64,000 bases of DNA from Porticoccaceae bacterium (GCA_018663035.1 JABJEX010000013.1:4409-68408); one strand, 5' to 3'. Shown: positions 36,592 through 46,360, counted from the stretch's first letter. A program made the numbers and translations. Notes: generated by a model from the sequence alone, not told the origin.

Positions 36592-37703
36592 AGCACTGCT
36601 TTTAAGGCGTTAAGGCAGAAGTCGACATTTTTTTGGTTGCTGGCGTGTCCCATTAATCCGATGCGCCAGACCTTGCCTGCAAGGGCGCCTAGGCCTGCGC
36701 CGATCTCAAGGTCGAACTCGTTAAGCAAGCGAGTTCGCACCTCAGCATCATCGGCACCCGAAGGTATAAAGACGCTATTGAGCTGCGGCAGACGATGAGC
36801 TTCTTTAACCAAAAAGCCTATACCCAACTGCTGTAAACCCTTATGCAGCGCCAAATGGTTCTGCTGATGCCTAGCCCAAGAATTTTCCAGCCCTTCCTCT
36901 TGAACAATTACCAGTGACTCATGCAATCCGTAGAGACAGTTGACCGGAGCAGTGTGATGATAAGCACGTTTGCCTTCGCCACCCCAGTAGCCCATAACAA
37001 GGTTGAGATCGAGAAACCAACTCTGCACCTTGCTCTGGCGACCTTGAATCTTTTCTGCGGCACGCTGATTAAAGCTGACGGGCGACAACCCGGGGGGCGC
37101 CGAGAGACACTTCTGAGAACCTGAGTAGATCGCATCTATGCCCCATTCATCTACCAACAGGGGGGTACCTACTAAACTAGTCACAGCATCGACGATAGTA
37201 AGGCAACCATATTGATGAGCCAACGCCACCAAAGTTTTGGCATCGGACTGAGCGCCAGTGGAGGTCTCCGCATGCACAAAGGCAACCAGTACAGCATCTG
37301 GATGAGCTTTTAATGCCGCCTCAAGTTTCTCCGGGTCAACCGCATCGCCCCAGTTATCCTCAACCATCACTGCAGTGCCACCACAGCGCTCTACATTTTC
37401 TTTCATGCGCCCGCCAAACACGCCATTTTGGCAAACAATAACCTTGTCACCGCACTCGACTAAATTGGCAAAGCAACATTCCATACCAGCTGACCCAGGG
37501 GCAGATACCGCGAAGGTCAGCTCATTTTGGGTCTGAAAAACATATTGCAGCAGAGTTTTGACCTCATTCATCATACCGATAAATGCGGGATCCAAGTGAC
37601 CTAGTGTAGGTCTCGCCATAGCCTGTAAAACACGGTCGCTCACATCTGAAGGGCCAGGGCCCATGAGGGTACGGCGCGGAGGTAGAAAACTGCTTATGCT
37701 CAT
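36588..37703 (-). CDS. Alanine-glyoxylate / serine-pyruvate aminotransferase (class V)
   Basis: LMGPGPS, HAETSTG, VDAVTS, YSGSQKCLSAPPG, YHHT and WRIGLMG motifs. Confidence 0.92.
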   Translation of the reverse strand: MSISSFLPPRRTLMGPGPSDVSDRVLQAMARPTLGHLDPAFIGMMNEVKTLLQYVFQTQNELTFAVSAPGSAGMECCFANLVECGDKVIVCQNGVFGGRMKENVERCGGTAVMVEDNWGDAVDPEKLEAALKAHPDAVLVAFVHAETSTGAQSDAKTLVALAHQYGCLTIVDAVTSLVGTPLLVDEWGIDAIYSGSQKCLSAPPGLSPVSFNQRAAEKIQGRQSKVQSWFLDLNLVMGYWGGEGKRAYHHTAPVNCLYGLHESLVIVQEEGLENSWARHQQNHLALHKGLQQLGIGFLVKEAHRLPQLNSVFIPSGADDAEVRTRLLNEFDLEIGAGLGALAGKVWRIGLMGHASNQKNVDFCLNALKAVL

Positions 37704-37720
37704 AATGATCTCTTTGTAAG

Positions 37721-38932
37721 TTAACTCTTTGGGTCTGCGACCACACCGGTGCTTTTCAACTGCGCTATATGTTCAGCATCTAGCCCTAGGCTACTGAGTA
37801 CCTCATCTGTATGAGAGCCCAATTCAGGTCCAGGCCATTCGGTCCCGCCCGGCGTACTTTGCAATTTTGGTAGCATTGCAGGGATTTTGAGGGATTCACC
37901 ATTAATTTCAATGTTCTCAAATAATTCTCGGTATTTGAAATGCTCATCTTGCATCATATCTGCCACGTTATAGACAGGGCCACAGGGCACAAGATGTTCC
38001 TCAAGTATGGCCATTGCCTTGGCTAGACTATGAGATGCACACCAGTTGGCCAGAACCAAATCGATATCCGCCTCATGAACAACGCGCTCGGCATTGCTGC
38101 TGTATTTTTTATCCTCGGCCATGTCAGGTCTGCCTACAGCCACCATTAGCCGAGAAAAAATCGAGTCTCCATTACCCCCAATAACCAGAAATTTATCATC
38201 GGCACATTTGTAGGTGTTAGTGGGTACTATACCGGTCACCGTGGTTCCAGACGGTTGGCGAATAACGCCAGCGCCGTCGTATTCAGGAACAACCGCTTCC
38301 AGCAAATTAAACATTGACTCATAGAGGGCAACATCGACCACCTGACCACCTGCCGAGCTACCATTAGTCACCTGGTCCCGAGAGCGCAGAGCCATTAGAA
38401 TTCCGATTACCGCATGCAGCCCGGACACTGTGTCGCCGATGCTAAGGTTGGGACGCACAGGAGCCTCACCAGGATAACCATTGACATAGCGGAAACCACT
38501 TATCGCCTCACAGGCAGAGGCAAACCCAGGCTTTTTGGCATAGGGTCCAGTCTGTCCATAACCAGAAATCCGCGCATAGACAAGATTAGGGTTGTCGGCT
38601 CTGAGACTTTCAGGACAGAGACCCCAGTCTTCCAGCACACCAGGGCGAAAGTTCTCGATCACTATATCTGCGGTTTTAAGTAACCGCTTAACTAGGTCTC
38701 GACCCTCGGTAGTTTTTAAATCAAGCGAGATACATTTTTTATTGCGGGCAAGGCTGCGCCACCAAAGTGAAGTGCCGTCTTTGACCTCCCTCCAATTGCG
38801 AATAGGGTCACCGCCCGGTGGCTCAACTTTGATCACCTCGGCACCAAAATAACCCAGCATGCAGCCTGCGAAAGGACCAGCTAATAGCTGCCCCAGTTCT
38901 ACCACCCTAAGTCCCTGCAATGGTTTATTCAT
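37721..38932 (-). CDS. CaiB/BaiF (family III) CoA-transferase
   Basis: ELGQLLAGPF, GGDPIRNW, RNKK, ENFRPG, ISGYGQTGP and GDTVSGLH motifs. Confidence 0.9.
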   Translation of the reverse strand: MNKPLQGLRVVELGQLLAGPFAGCMLGYFGAEVIKVEPPGGDPIRNWREVKDGTSLWWRSLARNKKCISLDLKTTEGRDLVKRLLKTADIVIENFRPGVLEDWGLCPESLRADNPNLVYARISGYGQTGPYAKKPGFASACEAISGFRYVNGYPGEAPVRPNLSIGDTVSGLHAVIGILMALRSRDQVTNGSSAGGQVVDVALYESMFNLLEAVVPEYDGAGVIRQPSGTTVTGIVPTNTYKCADDKFLVIGGNGDSIFSRLMVAVGRPDMAEDKKYSSNAERVVHEADIDLVLANWCASHSLAKAMAILEEHLVPCGPVYNVADMMQDEHFKYRELFENIEINGESLKIPAMLPKLQSTPGGTEWPGPELGSHTDEVLSSLGLDAEHIAQLKSTGVVADPKS

Positions 38933-39108
38933 TATTAATCGATCTCATCCCTATAAAGCCTAAAATTACCTGAGCTCAAAAGTGTAAACTAAGCTCAGCG
39001 AGAAATTAAATTAAAACGCTTAGTGAGCTAAACCCATGATTTTGCAGTCAAAGCACCTAATGATGGCGAATAAAAATAAAAAAACTGTATTTCAATGTTC
39101 TGACCATG

Positions 39109-39135
39109 GAACCGGCTTTTACCTGAATACTCTAA
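39109..39135 (+). promoter_or_regulatory. Candidate ECF (sigmaE/AlgU-type) promoter of the envelope cluster
   Basis: GAACCG-N16-TCTAA compared with the consensus GAACTT-N16/17-TCTNA; lies 26 nt before the ATG, which has an AGGAG RBS. Confidence 0.35.
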
Positions 39136-39161
39136 ACTTGGAGTCACCTTAGGAGCTGGTT

Positions 39162-40418
39162 ATGCCCAACGAACAAATAATGGCCCATTGTCACAGAGAC
39201 TATAAATACAGAGTGTCTGCAATTTTTTTACTTATCGCTTTGTTGCTGGCCAGTCAAACTGGATATTCCGAATCTATTGCGCAACAACAGCCACTAACAG
39301 ATCCAGTGGCAGACTACATCGACGCAATAGATCAGGTTGAAGCCGAGTACAGCGCCTATTCAACAGAACTCTCCGATCTCTATCTAGGGTTAGGAAAATT
39401 ACTTTATTCTCGCCAGAGCTACCAGGAGGCTCGCCAAGCATTTCAGCGCGGAATGCAGGTAGAGCGCGTCAACTATGGGCTCGAAAGCCTATCTCAGGGA
39501 CCATACTTACTGTCTATCGCAGACACTGAAAGCTATCTGGGCAACTGGGAAGAATCTCAAAAAGCGCTAGAGAATCTTTACAATATTCATGAAGCAACCC
39601 ATGGTAAAAATACCATAGAGATGTTGCCCGTATTGGATCAGATGATGACCTGGTATCTGGATAGCTACGATGAACGCACGCCCGCTGGAGGCTACTCCAG
39701 TCTGGTGGTGACCGAACGTATCGCAATGCGCATGCACTACATCATGGACAATAAAATGCCCCTCGACCACCCAGATGCGGTGCACCGTTATCGACGATTG
39801 GGGCATCTACAGTACTTTATAGCCAACCATATTAAACAGCATGGTGAACCCACCGTATCCGGGATTACCATTTCCACGGGCTCATCTGTACGCGGCAGTG
39901 ATGACAGCACCTCTCATATGCATTTTAGGCGCGGAAAAATAGCACTGGAGAGAGTTGTGGAGTCTCTGGTACAGCGCCAGGAAGATAATGAAATTGAACA
40001 GGCAATGGCGTTAGCGGAGCTGGGAGACTGGTACCTGGTCTTTGGACAGAGGTACTCTGCTCAGGAAGCCTATCAATTGGCCTATGATGTCTTGGGGAAT
40101 ACAGATCACCCAGAGCAGATCCGTGAGCAGCTCTTTGGCCAGCCACAGGTGATCGCTTTTAAGATGGAAAAGGACCCGGTGCCATTAGAGCCCAACGAAA
40201 ATCAACTACAGTTTAATATGGTTGTTTCTTCTGCTGGAGTCCCACAGGACATTAAAATGGTTAGTCAGGATGCTAACCTCTCCGACGAGCAACTGATGGC
40301 TCTGCGTAAAAAAGTGCGTAAACAGAGATACAGACCGAAATTGGACGCTGGACTGACTCAGGATGCTCCCCATAGCGTTATCCTCAATAATCCGGCACTA
40401 CTACCAGATGACCAATGA
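39162..40418 (+). CDS. Secreted TPR protein with a C-terminal TonB-C-like domain
   Basis: Hydrophobic N-terminal signal/anchor and TPR-like helices. The C-terminus LQFNMVVSSAGVPQDIKMV...VRKQRYRPKLDAG resembles the TonB C-terminal pattern. Confidence 0.65.
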   Translation: MPNEQIMAHCHRDYKYRVSAIFLLIALLLASQTGYSESIAQQQPLTDPVADYIDAIDQVEAEYSAYSTELSDLYLGLGKLLYSRQSYQEARQAFQRGMQVERVNYGLESLSQGPYLLSIADTESYLGNWEESQKALENLYNIHEATHGKNTIEMLPVLDQMMTWYLDSYDERTPAGGYSSLVVTERIAMRMHYIMDNKMPLDHPDAVHRYRRLGHLQYFIANHIKQHGEPTVSGITISTGSSVRGSDDSTSHMHFRRGKIALERVVESLVQRQEDNEIEQAMALAELGDWYLVFGQRYSAQEAYQLAYDVLGNTDHPEQIREQLFGQPQVIAFKMEKDPVPLEPNENQLQFNMVVSSAGVPQDIKMVSQDANLSDEQLMALRKKVRKQRYRPKLDAGLTQDAPHSVILNNPALLPDDQ

Positions 40419-40426
40419 GATGCCAT

Positions 40427-41185
40427 ATGACAGTGAAGATTACAGCCAAAAACACATCTAAGCCTGCACCCTCAATACTGGCTTTAGCCTCTGTGGTTCT
40501 AACCAGTCTGATATTAGGCGCCTGCCAGATGCCGTCCTACAGTTCACCCACGGGACCATCTTTACCCTCGGGACCATCTGGCGGAAGTTCTGGTGGTGGA
40601 AGCTCTGGTGGCGGAAGCTCTGGTGGCGGAGGCTCAGGTGGCGGTAGTTCAGGTGGTGGAATGCCCAGCGGCGGTGGAATGCCCGGCGGAACAGATTCCG
40701 GTAGTGGCGGCCAATCCGTCGAAGACTTAGATCAGGCCCTGGATGATAGTCTAGATGGTTTTGATGATGCCATGGGTGGCCAGAGTTCGAGTCAGGGCCC
40801 AGACGAAATTGATATTCTCAGCCCTAGCGGAGGTGGCGGCGGCGTGCAAAGTGATAGCGACGCACCATTGTTTGAGGGTGCTGAAGGCGGCCCCTTGGGC
40901 GAAAGCAATTCAGATTACGATCAGCGCGCAGCCGAGGGTCCTAGCTCTGGGGACTCAGCCGAGAGCAGCGCTGGAGGCCAGGGTGCCCCGCAGGGACAAG
41001 AGAGCAGTACCGGCTCCGCCTCTGAAAATGAGCCGGGTGAGGCGATACCAATGCCCGAGGATATAGGCGACGGACAGGGTGATGATATAGTGCTCAGGCA
41101 GATTAGAGATGCGGCGATGAAAGAGACTGACCCCGTCCTGCGTGAAAAGCTTTGGGACGAATATCGTCGTATAAAGAATCAATAA
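40427..41185 (+). CDS. Gly/Ser/acidic low-complexity lipoprotein with a short helical C-terminal domain
   Basis: Lipobox LGAC, a long disordered linker, and C-terminal DDIVLRQIRDAAMKETDPVLREKLWDEY. Confidence 0.7.
   Translation: MTVKITAKNTSKPAPSILALASVVLTSLILGACQMPSYSSPTGPSLPSGPSGGSSGGGSSGGGSSGGGGSGGGSSGGGMPSGGGMPGGTDSGSGGQSVEDLDQALDDSLDGFDDAMGGQSSSQGPDEIDILSPSGGGGGVQSDSDAPLFEGAEGGPLGESNSDYDQRAAEGPSSGDSAESSAGGQGAPQGQESSTGSASENEPGEAIPMPEDIGDGQGDDIVLRQIRDAAMKETDPVLREKLWDEYRRIKNQ
40586..40660 (+). repeat. Coding 15-bp tandem repeat x5 encoding (S/G)SGGG
   Basis: agttctggtggtgga / agctctggtggcgga x2 / ggctcaggtggcggt / agttcaggtggtgga. Confidence 0.9.
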
Positions 41186-41217
41186 CAGACTAGGCTACGC
41201 AATAAATAGGACGCTTT

Positions 41218-42471
41218 ATGAAAACCAAATTCTCAGGGACTAGCCCAATCTATCTGCGCCGCTATTTGAAGCGGCAGTCAGAGTACCGCTGGTATTTCCT
41301 AGCTAGAATTATGTGTTGCTGTGCAGCTATTGCTCTCTCGGCATCATCAGCTTGGAGCGCCACAGATAAGATCACCTCCTCAACGGCACTAGTGCTCAAC
41401 ACGCCGAGTCAGCAAATCCCAGATGAGGCCCTGTTAGATGTAGGCATCGCCACGCTAAATGACGGCCTAGAACTCACTGACGAAGATGACACAGTTTTCC
41501 CTGAGGTTCGCTTCGCCGAAGCCATATATTTTTCCAACCAGCTGGCTAAGGTAATGGAAAAAAGTGGTGCCTGGGGTGCTATTCGCGTCACCCCCAGCGA
41601 CAACGTAATTATGGATCTCTACATCACCGGCACCATCCTGCAATCCGATGGCGAGACCATGGATTTAGATATCAATGTGCGGGACAGCAGTGGTCGACAG
41701 TGGTTTAGTAAGCGCTATAAACAGATCACAGGAAAGTACGCCTACGATCGACGCCTAAAAACTTTGGGCGACCCCTTTCAGAATTTATTTGTGAGAATTG
41801 CCAATGATCTGCTTGCCTACCGAGAGGGGCTTACTAGTCAGCAGGCCGCCGAGCTGCGCACTATATCTGAACTGCGTTTTGCAAAACTGTTTTCACCTCA
41901 GGCCTTCGATAACTATGTCAGTGAGAGACGTGATGGCACATTAAAAATTGATCGTCTGCCAGCGGAAAACGACAGCATCCTCCAGCGAGTGCGCAAAATT
42001 CGTGATCGCGATTACCTGTATATAGATACTATGCAAGATTACTACGATGGTTTTTCTCAACAGATGCATCTGGCCTACCAAGAGTTCCGCCGCGCCTCCT
42101 ATGACTCAGTGGTAAAAGCTCGACAGCTAGACAAACAGGGTAACCGCCGTATTATCGCTGGTATCGGCGCCATACTAGCGGGTATCTATGGCCGCTATGA
42201 AGCCAATACCAGCATCGCTAGCGATGCTGGTTCAGCGACCGCGGCTGTGGGAGGCTTTGTTCTCAAGTCAGGGCTAGAAAAAAAGCAGGAGGCCGCATCC
42301 TACAATGAGGCCGTGGCGGAGATGGGCTCATCACTGGAGGCTGAAATTGCACCTCAGGTGATTGAGCTAGAAGATCGTACAGTGACCCTCACCGGCACAG
42401 TGCAGGCCCAGTATCAGCAGTGGCAAGAGTTGCTACAAAAAATTTACAAGCAAGAACGAGGCGCTCTGTAG
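41218..42471 (+). CDS. Uncharacterised exported protein with C-terminal glycine-zipper-like helices
   Basis: 417-aa ORF in the operon; signal-like segment (AIALSASSAWSA) and IIAGIGAILAGI...AAVGGFVL hydrophobic Gly-rich helices. Confidence 0.7.
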   Translation: MKTKFSGTSPIYLRRYLKRQSEYRWYFLARIMCCCAAIALSASSAWSATDKITSSTALVLNTPSQQIPDEALLDVGIATLNDGLELTDEDDTVFPEVRFAEAIYFSNQLAKVMEKSGAWGAIRVTPSDNVIMDLYITGTILQSDGETMDLDINVRDSSGRQWFSKRYKQITGKYAYDRRLKTLGDPFQNLFVRIANDLLAYREGLTSQQAAELRTISELRFAKLFSPQAFDNYVSERRDGTLKIDRLPAENDSILQRVRKIRDRDYLYIDTMQDYYDGFSQQMHLAYQEFRRASYDSVVKARQLDKQGNRRIIAGIGAILAGIYGRYEANTSIASDAGSATAAVGGFVLKSGLEKKQEAASYNEAVAEMGSSLEAEIAPQVIELEDRTVTLTGTVQAQYQQWQELLQKIYKQERGAL

Positions 42472-42474
42472 CCT

Positions 42475-43893
42475 ATGCCTGAGGCCAAACAGCATACCCA
42501 GCAAAAATTTATTGTCGGTGGTTTATTACTGCTCGGGGGCTTTGTGTTTTTGCTGCTTCCCAATATGGTAACCGAGCCTTGGATTGCAGCTGATGATAGT
42601 TCAACGGCACCAGTGGCGCCCGCTCCTTTAGTTAGTCCATCCACAGCCGCAGAAAAAACCAAGTATCGACAGGACTCACAGAAAGTATTGGCTCAAATTA
42701 TCGTGGCACGCGATAGCCTTCAAGAACGTTCCGTGGAGTACTGGGGTGACTTTGATTTCCGTCAGGCGATAGCGCTGGTGGATCAGGGTGACGAACAGTA
42801 TGGCTATGGCAATTACCGCGAATCATTGGCGAGCTATCAACAGTCACTGCTTGAGCTTCAAAGGTTGCAAGATAAAGCGCAAATCACTCTGGAAAACGCT
42901 CTAGCCGACGCCTCCAACGCTATCGAAAACGCCCAGCCGGGAGATGTTGCCATTGCTCAACAGGCAGCAAACACTGCCATAACCATAGCTCCTGACGACA
43001 GTAGATCGCAGCAGATTCTTGCGCGCACCAGCCAATTGGAAGCACTCGTCGAGGCATTGCAACTGGGTGAACAGCATCTGCAAAGAAAAGAACTAGCAAC
43101 TGCTAAAGCGTACTTCCAAAAAGCGTTGGCTCTTGATGGCCAGCATAAAAAAGCTACTGCTGCGCTGAGCTCTGTAGACCAAGCCATAGTAGAGCAGACA
43201 TTTCGCGGCTATATGAGTCGCGGTTTTAAAAAACTTGAAGACAATAATTTCGATGCTGCCACTGCAGCCTTTAACGAAGCAGGTAGAATCTACACTAATC
43301 ATCCAGCTGTAGATCAGGCTCTTTCACAGTTAGAGACAAGGCGCTCACAACTTACTGTCAGTCGGCAGATGCGGGAGGCAGCCGCCTTTGAGCGCCAGGA
43401 AGACTGGCAAAAGGCGCTAGCGCTGTATCAGGCACTGTTAAAAACCGACCCCTCACTTACCGAGGCTAGCGTTAGAACCGTAGGCGTCACTGTGCGAGCC
43501 AATTTAGACGAACAACTAAAAATGGCGCTTAAAGACCCCCTAGCGCTGTCTTCACCTAATGCCTACAACAGAGCCCAGAGGCTGGTCACAGATGCAGACA
43601 GCATTAAAAACCCAGGGCCTAAACTGCAACAACAGGTCTCAGAATTAAAGCGGCTATTGCAACAGTCCACAGTAGCCGTGAACGTAGAGCTGAGATCCAA
43701 CAACCTAACTGAGGTCACATTGTTTAGAGTCGCCGAGCTGGGCACCTTCGAAAATACCTCATTACAGCTGCGCCCTGGGCGCTATATTGCCGCAGGCACC
43801 CGCCTAGGTTTTCGAGACGTGAGAGTTGAATTTACCATTAGCGGCGAGCCCCTAGATCAACCCATTTGGGTAAGCTGCGAAGAAGCAATCTAA
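42475..43893 (+). CDS. Membrane-anchored periplasmic TPR protein with a C-terminal PEGA-like beta domain
   Basis: One N-terminal TM helix, a long helical/TPR region, and LQLRPGRYIAAGTRLGFRDVRVEFTI. Confidence 0.75.
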   Translation: MPEAKQHTQQKFIVGGLLLLGGFVFLLLPNMVTEPWIAADDSSTAPVAPAPLVSPSTAAEKTKYRQDSQKVLAQIIVARDSLQERSVEYWGDFDFRQAIALVDQGDEQYGYGNYRESLASYQQSLLELQRLQDKAQITLENALADASNAIENAQPGDVAIAQQAANTAITIAPDDSRSQQILARTSQLEALVEALQLGEQHLQRKELATAKAYFQKALALDGQHKKATAALSSVDQAIVEQTFRGYMSRGFKKLEDNNFDAATAAFNEAGRIYTNHPAVDQALSQLETRRSQLTVSRQMREAAAFERQEDWQKALALYQALLKTDPSLTEASVRTVGVTVRANLDEQLKMALKDPLALSSPNAYNRAQRLVTDADSIKNPGPKLQQQVSELKRLLQQSTVAVNVELRSNNLTEVTLFRVAELGTFENTSLQLRPGRYIAAGTRLGFRDVRVEFTISGEPLDQPIWVSCEEAI

Positions 43894-44022
43894 ACAAAAG
43901 TAAGAAAATGGAGTCAAAGACAACAGGGAACAGTTCAGTGCGCAGTATATACTTGGTAAAAAACAAACAGCGTTTAAGCAGCTACCAGCACTGTCTTATA
44001 ATCAATTACAACAATTACCAAA

Positions 44023-46098
44023 GTGACTATGCTCGGAAAAAATAATAATCAGCATCTATCCGCTACAGACTTCACACCACTCGACCAGGTAGCTAGCCAA
44101 CGTCGTCTGCCATTTTCTCCCGGCGTATTGGCACTGGTTTTACTTGCCGCCAGTGCCGCTGTGATAATGCTATATCTGGTTATAGCTCGCGCGGTGATTT
44201 TTCAAACAGAGCCAGAGAGTGCCGAGATAACGATTAGCGGCCTTTCATTTAACATAGGTGACAATTATCTACTGTTGACCGGCGTCTATCAGGTTGAGGC
44301 CAGCGCTGATGGTTACCATCCCCTGACCCAGAATATCGAGGTCACCGAGCAAGCAACTCAGAACGTCAAACTGGAGCTACAACCATTGCCAGGCAACCTC
44401 AGTGTCAGCTCAGAACTGACCGAGATAGAGGTCAGTATTGATGATGAACTCCGATCAACAGTGCCAGGCACGATAGAGGGCATTAACCGTGGGCTGCATC
44501 AAATCGAGTTTAAAAAATACCGCTATTTTCCATTGCAGCAAGAAATTGACATAGTCGGCCTGGGCACCACCCAGTCTCTAAATGTCTCCTTATTGCCCGC
44601 CTGGGGTGAGATGCATTTTGACTCCCAACCTCAGGGTGCCGATCTATATATTGATGATCGACCTGTCGGCCAAACCCCCTTGAAAACCGAGGTGTTGGAA
44701 ACTGGCAGTAAACTCAGATTGGAATACCCAGGCTATAAAACCTATACCAAGCAGGTGACTGTTAAAGCGGGCACTTCGGAGCAACACGAACTGATTAAGA
44801 TGATAGTTTCGGACGGTACGCTGCGAATCAGCAGCATGCCAGAGGGCGCCAATATCACCATCGACAGTCAATTTTTTGGCACCACCCCCGTTGATCTACC
44901 CCTAGCACCTTTTAAACAATACGACGTTGGGTTGTTTCTGGAGGGCTATATAAAAACCACTAAAAAGGTCAGTCTGGAGCCGGAGAAAACCACTGCTATG
45001 CAGGTTAGGCTGCAGCCAAATATCGGTAGCATTGCCTTGACCATAAGCCCAGCTGATGCGCAGATATTGATCGACAATAGGGATCAGGGCACTGGTAGCC
45101 GTACCCTGTCATTAACTGCCAAGCCGCACACGCTCACAGTTACTAAGCCAGGCTACGAGCCTAAATCTCTAACGGTTACTCCTAGGCCAGGGCATCAGCA
45201 GGCGCTCAATATCAAACTACTGACTCTTGAAGATGCCTACTGGGCATCTCGCCCCCCTGTAATAAAGAGCCCAGTTGGCTCAGAGTTAAAGCTTTTCCGT
45301 CCACAGCAGAGCTTCATCCTGGGTGCACCTCGCCGGCAACCGGGTCGACGAGCCAATGAGGCCGAGCGCAACGTTGGTCTGGAGAGACCCTTTTACCTGG
45401 GACGCAAAGAAATCAGCAATACCCAGTTCCGACGATGGCAAGAGCACAGCTCCTCAGCCATTAAAGGCCAGTCATTAGATATGAATAACCAGCCAGTGGC
45501 CAACGTCTCCTGGGAACAGGCCGCCCTGTTCTGTAACTGGCTTAGTCGTCAGGAGGGGCTCCCACCCTTTTATCTGATTGAAGACGGACTGATCAGTGGC
45601 TTTGACTGGGAGTCTCATGGTTATCGCCTACCCACAGAGGCAGAATGGGCCTGGGCGGCCAAGGTAAACAACGATGGCAATTCAGAGATCTTCCCATGGG
45701 AGTCTGGGCTATACCCGCCGATCAATGTACTAGACAACTATGCAGATCAGAGTGCTGCCAAGTTTCTTAGCTTTACCATTGCGAACTACAACGATAACTA
45801 TCCAGTCTCTGCGGACATAGGTAGTTTTAAGCCCAATAATAAGGGGCTCTACAATATGAGTGGCAATGTCTCAGAATGGGTCAACGACTTCTATGATATA
45901 CGCCCACATCGCGGCGCGCCTATCATGGACCCTAGGGGCCCGATTAGTGGTAATCGTCATGTTATTCGTGGCGCTAGCTGGGCACTTGGATCACGCACTG
46001 AACTGCGCCTGAGTTACCGTCAGGCTGGCACAGACGGTCAACTGGATGTAGGCTTTAGAATCGCCCGCTATGTTGATAGCCCCGGAGTCACACCATGA
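44023..46098 (+). CDS. PEGA-repeat protein with a C-terminal FGE-sulfatase (SUMF1/C-lectin-fold) domain
   Basis: One TM helix and several PEGA repeats (SQPQGADLYIDDRPVGQTP; SSMPEGANITIDSQFFGTTP). FGE motifs EISNTQF, PVANVSWEQA, RLPTEAEW, GLYNMSGNVSEW, RGASW and GFRIAR. Confidence 0.9.
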   Translation: MTMLGKNNNQHLSATDFTPLDQVASQRRLPFSPGVLALVLLAASAAVIMLYLVIARAVIFQTEPESAEITISGLSFNIGDNYLLLTGVYQVEASADGYHPLTQNIEVTEQATQNVKLELQPLPGNLSVSSELTEIEVSIDDELRSTVPGTIEGINRGLHQIEFKKYRYFPLQQEIDIVGLGTTQSLNVSLLPAWGEMHFDSQPQGADLYIDDRPVGQTPLKTEVLETGSKLRLEYPGYKTYTKQVTVKAGTSEQHELIKMIVSDGTLRISSMPEGANITIDSQFFGTTPVDLPLAPFKQYDVGLFLEGYIKTTKKVSLEPEKTTAMQVRLQPNIGSIALTISPADAQILIDNRDQGTGSRTLSLTAKPHTLTVTKPGYEPKSLTVTPRPGHQQALNIKLLTLEDAYWASRPPVIKSPVGSELKLFRPQQSFILGAPRRQPGRRANEAERNVGLERPFYLGRKEISNTQFRRWQEHSSSAIKGQSLDMNNQPVANVSWEQAALFCNWLSRQEGLPPFYLIEDGLISGFDWESHGYRLPTEAEWAWAAKVNNDGNSEIFPWESGLYPPINVLDNYADQSAAKFLSFTIANYNDNYPVSADIGSFKPNNKGLYNMSGNVSEWVNDFYDIRPHRGAPIMDPRGPISGNRHVIRGASWALGSRTELRLSYRQAGTDGQLDVGFRIARYVDSPGVTP

Positions 46099-46334
46099 AA
46101 ACAGTCTTATTCTTGCTGCTAATGCCCCTGCTGGCACTAGCCCAACAACCGGATGCTGATACCAGCGGCCAGGGTACCAGCCCTGAGCCAATAGAAAGCC
46201 CTGAGCCAATAAACAGCCCTGAGCCGGAAGAAAGCCCTGAGCCTACAGAAAGCCCCGAACCCCAAGACATTGACTTCAAACCCAGCGAAGAGATATCTGA
46301 AGATTTCCCAGTTCCTCTTCCAGCAGACATATAA
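46095..46334 (+). CDS. Small secreted acidic Pro-rich protein
   Basis: Signal peptide (LLALA|QQ), five SPEPxx repeats and tail FKPSEEISEDFPVPLPADI; overlaps the upstream stop (ATGA). Confidence 0.75.
   Translation: MKTVLFLLLMPLLALAQQPDADTSGQGTSPEPIESPEPINSPEPEESPEPTESPEPQDIDFKPSEEISEDFPVPLPADI
46179..46268 (+). repeat. Coding 18-bp tandem repeat x5 encoding SPEPxx
   Basis: agccctgagccaatagaa / agccctgagccaataaac / agccctgagccggaagaa / agccctgagcctacagaa / agccccgaaccccaagac. Confidence 0.92.
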
Positions 46335-46360
46335 GTATATCCACAGATAGGAACAGCGAC

